From a bacterium (lineage in GTDB: Bacteria > Zhuqueibacterota > Zhuqueibacteria > Oceanimicrobiales > Oceanimicrobiaceae), in the NCBI GenBank assembly GCA_046757165.1, contig JBHHXT010000142.1:1-12409 (forward strand): a DNA stretch of 12,409 nucleotides. The letters run 5' to 3'. The notes under the pieces were generated by a model that was given only the letters and a program-made list of their open reading frames with translations, made no database searches and was not told the DNA's origin. The translations under genes were made by a program, and so were the position numbers. Below are positions 1 through 7,071 of this stretch, piece by piece (position 1 is the stretch's first letter; every line of letters begins with the position of its first letter).

Positions 1-31
1 TGTTTGAGATGTTCAAGAATCTTGCTTTATC

Positions 32-1516
32 TCAAAGTTGTTCCAGTTCTGTCTCGCTATGTTCTTTGCCATCGAAAGAAAGCAAAGTTCTGACCTCGTC
101 AAGAATACTTTCAACATGAACGGGCCGCTTCCATATTTTGTAGATGTTGGAAAGCGTGTCTCTTGCCTCATCCACTTGCAATTCAATCTCATCGTGTTGG
201 TGAAGCAGATAGAGCTCGCCTCGGTTCAAGTAGTTTGCGTCCGCCACGTAAATAAAAGGCTGCCCAAAGTTCGTCAAGCCGAACAGGAGTTTCTCCTTTA
301 CTTTTTTGAACTCACGGTCGGTGATCTCATAGAAGTCGCTGCGATCGTTATATTCATAGACAAAAAGCTTCTGCTCACGACAGAAATCCGCGGTCAGAAA
401 AGCATCGATGAACATCAGGTCGTTATACATTTTTCTGACTTCAAAGATCTTTTCACGTCCGAGCCCGAGCTTTTTGTCCCATTTGCGTTTTGTTTCCCAG
501 TCGTCACACTCCTCATACTCCTTGCCAAATTTGCCCCGGTTCCATCTGTCCTCGATGTCGCGAAAGAGTTCAACACCCAATTTGTAGGGATTCAGCCTGC
601 CGGGGCTGGTCGCGACGGTTCCGGAATGGTGGTCGGCATAGTCGATCACCTCGGCGTCTGTGAGACATTTTTCCGTCATAATCCTGGAATGCCAGTAGGT
701 TGCCCAGCCTTCGTTCATGATCTTGGTCTGACCCTGCGGTGCAAAATAATAAGCTTCTTCGCGCACAATCGCAAGAATCTCTGCCTGCCATTTTTCCAGC
801 GGCGCATGGTCCAGAAGGAACTGGAGCACATCTCGCTCCGGTTTCTCCGGAAACTTTTCCTTTTTTTGCCGCCGTCTCTCCTCGCTGAGTCGTGCTTGTT
901 CCTCCAGAAATTCTTTGGGATTGATGTAGGAGTCCATGTAGGACTTGCTTCTCAGTTTCACAGGCGTCTGAGCCTCTTCCTCTTCCTGTCTGCCATTGGC
1001 ACGGTCTCGCTTGATAAATGGCAAGTGGGGATCGATTAAGTTCTCCAGCGAGAGGCACACTTCGATGAAATCCTCAACGACATCGGCGCCGTACTTTTCA
1101 ACATAACGCCGGATTTGCGTGGCATGGTTGGCCACTTCATCCATCATCTTGCGGTTTGTGTGTGCAAACCAGAGGTTGTTCTTGAAGAAATCACAGTGTG
1201 CGTATACATGCGCCATGACGAGCTTCTGGTCGACGAGCTTGTTGGACTTCATCAAATAAGCGTAGCAGGGATCGTTGTTGATAACAAGCTCATAGATCTT
1301 TTGCAAGCCGTATTCATAGCCCTTCGACAGTTCCTCATATTCCATGCCGAAACGCCAGTGTGGATATCGTGTTGGAAAGCCGCCGTAGCTGGCGACCTCA
1401 TTCAATTCATCAAACTCTACCAGCTCAAAGATGGTATCGTAGAAATCGAGGTTATAGTCACGCGCATACCGGCCGATTTCCTCTCTCAGTCTGTCTAGTT
1501 CCAAAGGCAATTCCAT
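32..1516 (-). CDS. spoVR: SpoVR family protein (YcgB/SpoVR), 494 aa
   Basis: Family motifs GFPTRYPHWRFG, YELVINNDPCYAYL, LVMAHVYAHCDFFKNN, YFAPQGQTKIMNEGWATYWH and NPYKLG. Third gene of the conserved prkA-yeaH-spoVR cluster. Confidence 0.96.
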   Translation of the reverse strand: MELPLELDRLREEIGRYARDYNLDFYDTIFELVEFDELNEVASYGGFPTRYPHWRFGMEYEELSKGYEYGLQKIYELVINNDPCYAYLMKSNKLVDQKLVMAHVYAHCDFFKNNLWFAHTNRKMMDEVANHATQIRRYVEKYGADVVEDFIEVCLSLENLIDPHLPFIKRDRANGRQEEEEAQTPVKLRSKSYMDSYINPKEFLEEQARLSEERRRQKKEKFPEKPERDVLQFLLDHAPLEKWQAEILAIVREEAYYFAPQGQTKIMNEGWATYWHSRIMTEKCLTDAEVIDYADHHSGTVATSPGRLNPYKLGVELFRDIEDRWNRGKFGKEYEECDDWETKRKWDKKLGLGREKIFEVRKMYNDLMFIDAFLTADFCREQKLFVYEYNDRSDFYEITDREFKKVKEKLLFGLTNFGQPFIYVADANYLNRGELYLLHQHDEIELQVDEARDTLSNIYKIWKRPVHVESILDEVRTLLSFDGKEHSETELEQL

Positions 1517-1546
1517 GATGTTACTCGGTCCGCATTTGTTGGGTGA

Positions 1547-2653
1547 TTACTTGCCCTTGCCAAGGAAGTCTTTGATCGATTGATAAATCCCATCTTTGTC
1601 CGGGATTTCAGACAAGATGAGTTTCTCTTCGTCCGGGAGGTAGTCTTCGAGGTCGCGGATAAATTGGCCGCTGCCATACGGGCTTTCAACCTGTCCGTAG
1701 CAGAAGAGATTGACCCTTGCCAGCAGAGTGTCTTTCAAGATGGCAATGCACTCGTCTGTGTCGATCTCTCCCCAGTTGTCTCCATCTGAGAAGTGGAACA
1801 AGTAGATATTCCACTCATGGGGGTTGTAGTGCTGTTCGATGATCTTAGCGGTGAGCTTGTAAGCAGATGAGATGATGGTGCCGCCGCTTTCGCGCGTGTG
1901 GTAAAAGGTTTCCTTATCCACCTCGCGCGCAACCGCATCATGAATAACATAACGTGTTTCAATGTTCTCATACTGATAGTGTAGCCAGGTATCAATCCAG
2001 AATGACTCTGTGCGCACGATTTCTTTCTGTTCGTCCCCCATCGACCCTGAGACATCCATCATGTAGATAATGACTGCGTTGCTCTCTGGCTCAACGACTG
2101 TTTTCCAGGTCCGGTACCGCCTGTCCTCTTTGATGGGGATGATAATCGGGTTGTCGGCGTTGTAGGCCTGGGAGATGATCTGCCGTTTGAGCGCTTGTTT
2201 GTAAGTTCGCTTGAAGTGGCGCAGAGACTCCGGGCCCGTGTCGCTAATTCCGGTGTATTTGTCTTTTTCGGACTTGATGTTCTTCTTGCCTCTGGGTTCG
2301 ATATGGGGCAGCTCCAGCTCTTCCCCCAACATCTGCGCCAGTTCCTCGAGCGAAATATCGACTTCGAGAATGTGTTTGCCGGGTGCATCGCCTGCTTGTC
2401 CGGTCCCGGCCTCGTTGTCGCCGGTGCCGATGGGCGTACCGATGGCACCCTCACCCTGGCCGACGCCACCTGTTTTTTTCGTACTAAACCGGAAGCGCGG
2501 AATATGAATCTGGTTGATCGGAATGCTGACAAAATCCTTGCCCTTCTTGCCGATCAGTTCCCCGCGCGTGATGTACTTTTTCAGGTCCTTTTTGACCTTA
2601 CCACGGATGATTTGGCGAAACCGACTGATGTCTTTGTCAATTCTTTTAACCAT
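1547..2653 (-). CDS. yeaH: YeaH/YhbH family (DUF444) protein with C-terminal vWA-like domain, 368 aa
   Basis: Gly-rich GVGQGEG segment, [15 protein letters not shown]-type [17 protein letters not shown], and [14 protein letters not shown]. Its ATG overlaps the prkA stop codon (TAATG, 2655-2651). Confidence 0.95.
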   Translation of the reverse strand: MVKRIDKDISRFRQIIRGKVKKDLKKYITRGELIGKKGKDFVSIPINQIHIPRFRFSTKKTGGVGQGEGAIGTPIGTGDNEAGTGQAGDAPGKHILEVDISLEELAQMLGEELELPHIEPRGKKNIKSEKDKYTGISDTGPESLRHFKRTYKQALKRQIISQAYNADNPIIIPIKEDRRYRTWKTVVEPESNAVIIYMMDVSGSMGDEQKEIVRTESFWIDTWLHYQYENIETRYVIHDAVAREVDKETFYHTRESGGTIISSAYKLTAKIIEQHYNPHEWNIYLFHFSDGDNWGEIDTDECIAILKDTLLARVNLFCYGQVESPYGSGQFIRDLEDYLPDEEKLILSEIPDKDGIYQSIKDFLGKGK

Positions 2654-4746
2654 TATTGCAGCGATTCTTTGACGTCGCCTCGTGCAAAAATGCTTGCCAC
2701 ATAGTTTAGCACGTCCGTCGCGCTTTCATCGTTGTAGCCAAAATACTTGATCATCCTTGATTTGACCACATCGATTTTTTCTTGCGTTTCTTTATCGACC
2801 ACGTTGGAGATCAGCGAAGTGAGCTTGATGGAGTCTTTCTGGTCTTCGAACAATTTCAGCTCCAGGGCTTTTTGTAGACGCTCATTGGAGCGATAATCAA
2901 ACGACTTGTTTTCCAGTGCCAGCGCACCGATGTAGTTCATGATTTCCCGGCGGAAGTCGTCCTTGCGGCTTTCGGGAATATCAATTTTCTGCTCGATTGA
3001 GCGCATGAGACGTTCATCCGGTTCTTCGTCGGCGCCGGTGTACCGGTTCTTGACTTTTTCCTTTTGTGTGTAGGCTTTGACATTGTCGATGTAGTTGCCG
3101 CACAGCTTTTTGAGTGCTTCCTCATCGGCGGCGATGGCACGCTGCACCTCGGACTTGACAATGTCGGCATATTCTTCTTTGACGATGCTGAGAAGCTCGC
3201 GGCAGCGTTTCTTCTGCTCCTGGTTGGTGATCAGGGAGTGGTGCCGTAAGCCCTCTTCCAGCTCATTGAGCACCATGAAGGGATTGATGCAGGTTCGACC
3301 CTCATCGCTGACCAGGGCATTGGAGATTTTGTCCTGAATATATCGCGGTGAGATGCCTTCCATGCCCTCGCGCTCCGACTCCAGACGGAGCTCTTTGATA
3401 TTGTCCTCAGTAAAGCCCGGCAACGTCTTGCCATCGTAGAGCTTTAGTTTCTGCAATAACGTCAACTGCGCTTTCTTGGGTTCCTCCAGCCGGGTCAGGA
3501 CGGCCCACATGGCCGCTAATTCGATCGTGTGGGGGGCGATATGCTTGCCCTTGATCTTATGCTCGTTGTAATCCTTTTCGTAGATTTTGATTTCATCGGA
3601 GAGCCGCGTAATGTACGGGATGTCGATTTTGACGGTGCGGTCGCGCAACGCTTCCATGAACTCATTCGACTGCAGCTTTTTGTATTCGGGCTCGTTCGTA
3701 TGCCCGATGATGACCTCATCAATGTCGGTCTGTGCGAATTTTTTGGGCTTGATTTTGTGCTCCTGCGACGCTCCCAGCAGGTCATAAAGAAACGCCACAT
3801 CCAGCTTCAGGACCTCGATAAATTCCACCAGACCCCGATTTGCGATATTGAGCTCGCCGTCAAAATTGAAGGCACGCGGGTCGGAGTCTGAGCCATAGAT
3901 GGCGATCTTGCGGTAGTTGATATCGCCGGTGAGTTCGGTAGAATCCTGATTTTTTTCGTCCTTCGGCTGAAACGTACCGATGCCCACCCGGTCTTTTTCC
4001 GAAAGCACAAACCGCATCACTCTCACATCCTGGATGACTCTTGACCAGTCGCCATTGTATTCATGACTTTTTTCCTGGTACTTATGGCGACAAAACGGAT
4101 TGAGCTCTCCTTTGACTGAAATTCTATCTTCGTCTGGTAAGTCTTTGTTGAGCTCGTCCAGGACCTGAGGTCGAAACTCTGGCGGGATCAGGAGCAGGGG
4201 ATCTTCATGCATCGGGGAGTCTTCCCAGGTGATGCTGCCGTCTTCGTGTTCAATCTTCCAGGAATACGAATACATCGCGCCTTCTTCAGTCCTGGAATAC
4301 GCCTCGAGACCCTTTTTTAGAAGTCGTACAATCGTACTCTTTGCGCTCCCCACTGGCCCATGCAGCAGGAATACCCGCTTTTCTGTGCCGTAGCCTTTTG
4401 CCGCTGAGCTGATGAGATTAACAAATTTGTTCAGGGGTCTTTCCAGGCCATAAACTGCGTCGGCGCCGTTGTCTATGGGATCGTCAAAGAACTTATAGCG
4501 TATGATTTTCTCGTTGTACTCTTCATACTCCTCCGTCCCATACGATACGATCATATCATATAATCTTTGGAAAGCATTTCGAGTGACTTTCGGATTCGCC
4601 TTGACCAGTTCGAGGTAATCCTCAAAGTCTCCCTCCCAGTTGAGCTGCTTATATACGTTTACATTTTGCAGGCTCTTTATTAAGGAAATGACGCTGTTTT
4701 CCTGGCTTGGCTCAGCGGGTCTCTTGGATTGGGCTTTGGAGCTCAT
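2653..4746 (-). CDS. prkA: PrkA/YeaG family AAA+ protein (annotated as serine protein kinase), 697 aa
   Basis: Walker [68 protein letters not shown] and EGMEGISPR. Strong Shine-Dalgarno sequence upstream. Confidence 0.97.
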   Translation of the reverse strand: MSSKAQSKRPAEPSQENSVISLIKSLQNVNVYKQLNWEGDFEDYLELVKANPKVTRNAFQRLYDMIVSYGTEEYEEYNEKIIRYKFFDDPIDNGADAVYGLERPLNKFVNLISSAAKGYGTEKRVFLLHGPVGSAKSTIVRLLKKGLEAYSRTEEGAMYSYSWKIEHEDGSITWEDSPMHEDPLLLIPPEFRPQVLDELNKDLPDEDRISVKGELNPFCRHKYQEKSHEYNGDWSRVIQDVRVMRFVLSEKDRVGIGTFQPKDEKNQDSTELTGDINYRKIAIYGSDSDPRAFNFDGELNIANRGLVEFIEVLKLDVAFLYDLLGASQEHKIKPKKFAQTDIDEVIIGHTNEPEYKKLQSNEFMEALRDRTVKIDIPYITRLSDEIKIYEKDYNEHKIKGKHIAPHTIELAAMWAVLTRLEEPKKAQLTLLQKLKLYDGKTLPGFTEDNIKELRLESEREGMEGISPRYIQDKISNALVSDEGRTCINPFMVLNELEEGLRHHSLITNQEQKKRCRELLSIVKEEYADIVKSEVQRAIAADEEALKKLCGNYIDNVKAYTQKEKVKNRYTGADEEPDERLMRSIEQKIDIPESRKDDFRREIMNYIGALALENKSFDYRSNERLQKALELKLFEDQKDSIKLTSLISNVVDKETQEKIDVVKSRMIKYFGYNDESATDVLNYVASIFARGDVKESLQ

Positions 4747-4750
4747 GACT

Positions 4751-4758
4751 ACACCTCC
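4751..4758 (-). promoter_or_regulatory. Shine-Dalgarno sequence of prkA (GGAGGTGT)
   Basis: Plus-strand acacctcc reads GGAGGTGT on the minus strand, ending 4 nt before the ATG at 4746. Confidence 0.85.
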
Positions 4759-4817
4759 AATTTCAGTGGGAAAATTCTTCCTAATGTCGAAGTCAATTTT
4801 GTGTTCTCATCAATGAG

Positions 4818-4834
4818 TACAAAATCTATGCCAG
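4818..4834 (-). promoter_or_regulatory. Putative sigma54 (-24/-12) promoter for the prkA operon
   Basis: Minus strand reads CTGGCATAGATTTTGTA, against the consensus TGGCAC-N5-TTGCW. GG-N10-G spacing is correct, but the -12 is GT rather than GC. It lies ~70 nt upstream of the prkA ATG. Confidence 0.5.
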
Positions 4835-4971
4835 CAATATTTCAACTGTTTGAATTTAGTATGCTGGACAGACAACCTGAGCACGCGAGTCAAAAACATG
4901 AATGGCTTGTACACTTGTGCCGGCGTGAGACAAGCCAATCAACACAAACGTTCGATGTTTCAAATCATAAT

Positions 4972-5005
4972 AAAAAAAGCCGAAACAAGACACCTCATTT
5001 CGACT
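4972..5005 (-). terminator. Intrinsic (Rho-independent) terminator on the minus strand
   Basis: RNA AGUCGAAAUGAG-GUGU-CUUGUUUCGGCU-UUUUUU: 12-bp stem with 3 G-U pairs, 4-nt loop and a 7-U run. The G-U pairs would be A-C mismatches on the plus strand, so the fold is strand-specific. Confidence 0.7.
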
Positions 5006-5044
5006 ATTCGGAGAGTCAAAGAACTGTTTCAAAAGGGTGAGGCT
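4972..5044 (-). ncRNA. Candidate ~73-nt small RNA or attenuator leader
   Basis: Bounded by a sigma70-like promoter (5080-5051) and the terminator above. The 5' end is estimated from the -10 position. No family recognised. Confidence 0.4.
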
Positions 5045-5050
5045 AAGATT

Positions 5051-5080
5051 AATTTAATATAATATTTGAGTAAAAGTCAA
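5051..5080 (-). promoter_or_regulatory. Putative sigma70-type promoter pointing toward prkA
   Basis: Minus strand TTGACT (5080-5075), 18-nt spacer, TAAATT (5056-5051), in an AT-rich patch. Confidence 0.5.
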
Positions 5081-5174
5081 GTAGTTTTTGGCCATGTGTG
5101 GGCAAGAAAAGGTGGCAGACGGGCTGAGAGGTGTCTCGAGACCACTTTTGTACCTGTTTTGGGGTAGTTTTTTG

Positions 5175-5203
5175 TTGACAAAACTTTGACGGATTCGTAT
5201 TTT
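5175..5203 (+). promoter_or_regulatory. Putative sigma70-type promoter of comM/yifB
   Basis: TTGACA (5175-5180), 17-nt spacer, TATTTT (5198-5203), ~30 nt upstream of ATG 5235. Confidence 0.65.
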
Positions 5204-5234
5204 GGATTTGAATACAAACCCCAACATCATCTCC

Positions 5235-6776
5235 ATGTTTTCCAAAATATTAAGTGCGGCGGTCCTGGGAATCGATGCGTACCTTGTAGAGGTTGAAACA
5301 CACCTCGAGGGCAAACTGCCATATTTCGCCATGGTTGGGTTGCCCGAGGGGGCGGTGCGCGAGTCGAAAGAGCGCGTGAGCGCCGCCATCAAGAACTCGG
5401 ATTTTCGATTTCCCCTGAAACGAATCACCATTAACCTGGCGCCTGCGGATATCAAGAAGGAGGGGTCTGCCTTTGATTTGCCGATCGCAGTCGGGATTCT
5501 GGCGGCCATGGGGCAGGCCTCGCAGGAGCAATTGCAGGAGTTCGTCATCCTCGGAGAGCTCTCGCTCGATGGCAGTCTGCGTCCCATTCGTGGCGCATTG
5601 CCGATTTCAATCGCGGCCAGGAAGGCGCGAAAGAAGGGGATCATCTTACCACGAGAGAATGCCAAGGAAGCAGCCATTTCGCATGATGTCAAGGTTTATC
5701 CGATGCGCAATCTGACTGAAACCGTCGCTTTCCTGAACGGCAGCTCTTCCTACCCGCCTTTTGAGATCGAAATTGACGAAGTTTTTTCACAGAGCCGGAA
5801 TTATGCGATCGATTTTTCAGACGTGAAGGGACAGGAGCAGGTCAAACGAGCGCTGGAGGTCGCGGCAGCCGGTGGGCATAATATTCTGCTGGTCGGACCG
5901 CCCGGGTCCGGCAAAACCATGCTGGCGAAAAGACTGCCGTCAATCCTCCCCGACCTGACGCTGGATGAAGCGCTGGAGACAACCAAGATTCATTCGGTGT
6001 CCGGGTTGCTGCCGCAAGATACCGCTTTGGTTGGTACGCGTCCTTTCCGTGCCCCACACCACACGATCAGCGATGCCGGCCTGATCGGCGGTGGGCATGT
6101 GCCGAAACCCGGTGAAGTCAGCCTGGCCAATCACGGCGTCCTTTTCCTGGATGAGCTGCCAGAGTTCAAGAAAAATGTCCTGGAGGTCATGCGCCAGCCG
6201 TTGGAGGATGGCAGCGTGACGATTTCCCGGGCAACGCTGTCTCTGACCTATCCGGCGGAGTTTATGCTCGCAGCCGCCATGAATCCGTGTCCCTGCGGTT
6301 TTGCCACCGACCCCAACAACGAATGCTCCTGCACCCCGCCGCAGATTCAGAAGTACCTGGCCCGGGTTTCCGGTCCCCTGCTGGACAGAATCGATATTCA
6401 CATTGAAGTGCCATCGGTGCGCTACAAAGAGCTCGCCAGCGAGGCCGCGGGGGAAAGCTCGGAGACCATTCGCAGCCGGGTCAAGCGCGCAAGAACCGTG
6501 CAGCTGGAAAGATTCAGAGAGAAGAAGCATTTGTTTTGCAATGCCCGAATGGAGTCCAAGGAAATCCGTCAATATTGCCGGATTGATGCTCAGGGTCACG
6601 AACTGTTGAAAATGGCGATTACAAAACTGGGCCTGTCAGCAAGGGCTTATGATCGGATACTCAAGGTTTCAAGAACCATTGCGGACCTGGAAGGGTCTGA
6701 CGACATCCTGCCGCAATTTGTCAGCGAGGCGATTCAATATAGAAGTCTCGACCGAAATATGGACGGCACCTACTGA
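5235..6776 (+). CDS. comM: YifB/ComM family Mg-chelatase-like AAA+ ATPase, 513 aa from ATG 5235
   Basis: [38 protein letters not shown], Walker [34 protein letters not shown], Cys motif [18 protein letters not shown] and [19 protein letters not shown]. The ORF-track TTG start at 5202 overlaps the -10 box, so ATG 5235 is preferred. Confidence 0.95.
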   Translation: MFSKILSAAVLGIDAYLVEVETHLEGKLPYFAMVGLPEGAVRESKERVSAAIKNSDFRFPLKRITINLAPADIKKEGSAFDLPIAVGILAAMGQASQEQLQEFVILGELSLDGSLRPIRGALPISIAARKARKKGIILPRENAKEAAISHDVKVYPMRNLTETVAFLNGSSSYPPFEIEIDEVFSQSRNYAIDFSDVKGQEQVKRALEVAAAGGHNILLVGPPGSGKTMLAKRLPSILPDLTLDEALETTKIHSVSGLLPQDTALVGTRPFRAPHHTISDAGLIGGGHVPKPGEVSLANHGVLFLDELPEFKKNVLEVMRQPLEDGSVTISRATLSLTYPAEFMLAAAMNPCPCGFATDPNNECSCTPPQIQKYLARVSGPLLDRIDIHIEVPSVRYKELASEAAGESSETIRSRVKRARTVQLERFREKKHLFCNARMESKEIRQYCRIDAQGHELLKMAITKLGLSARAYDRILKVSRTIADLEGSDDILPQFVSEAIQYRSLDRNMDGTY

Positions 6777-6787
6777 GAATCTCGATG

Positions 6788-7019
6788 TAGGTAAATAGGC
6801 TGTAGGAAGCATTGCGGAAAACCTGACAGCCAGTCCAAACACCTGGATAGTTACAAAAAGATTGACAAAAGCGGTTATTTTTATTATCTTTAGTCCATCC
6901 AGTTCGTAACTTGTCAGGTGTTTAGACTGTAGGCTTGTCAGGTTTGCGGAACGCTCTGATCAAAGCGCCTAAAGCCTTTTGTTGCTTCACAGAAGTTCTT
7001 TCTACAGCCTATCTACCTG
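6788..7019. repeat. Four copies of an 18-bp motif (consensus CAGGT-N3-TAGRCTGTAG) in alternating orientation, forming nested inverted repeats
   Basis: A 6788-6805(+) TAGGTAAATAGGCTGTAG; B 6828-6845(-) CAGGTGTTTGGACTGGCT; C 6915-6932(+) CAGGTGTTTAGACTGTAG; D 7002-7019(-) CAGGTAGATAGGCTGTAG. Confidence 0.8.
6862..6890 (+). promoter_or_regulatory. Putative sigma70-type promoter of the ABC ATPase gene
   Basis: TTGACA (6862-6867), 17-nt spacer, TATCTT (6885-6890), with an A-tract just upstream. Implies a ~175-nt 5' UTR. SD GGAGG is at 7061-7065. Confidence 0.7.
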
Positions 7020-7071
7020 AATCGTTACTCCAGTCCTTTCTTGTTTTCACTATCAATGACGGAGGATTTGA

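Noticed and set aside
38..1039. 333-aa plus-strand ORF antisense to spoVR
   Set aside because: Lies wholly opposite a well-conserved gene and has no recognisable motifs. A typical antisense shadow ORF.
4729..5062. Short plus-strand ORFs (103 aa and 70 aa) in the prkA-comM intergenic region
   Set aside because: TTG starts, no SD and no recognisable motifs. The region is better explained by promoters and hairpins.
5202..5234. N-terminal extension of ComM from TTG 5202
   Set aside because: The codon overlaps the predicted -10 box, and family-like sequence begins at [15 protein letters not shown] (ATG 5235).
6789..7018. Long hairpin considered as 6S RNA or a retron msr-msd
   Set aside because: The central loop is itself a DNA promoter consensus, there is no flanking promoter/terminator pair for the whole unit, and no reverse transcriptase is nearby. 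A cmscan search would settle it.
6788..7019. Repeats considered as a mini CRISPR array
   Set aside because: Copies alternate in orientation, are only 18 bp and degenerate, spacers are 22/69/69 nt, and no cas genes are in the window.
7032..7068. Possible anti-SD pairing (AGTCCTTT with GGAGGATT) in the ABC ATPase leader
   Set aside because: Only 8 bp with three G-U pairs, too weak to support without folding calculations.
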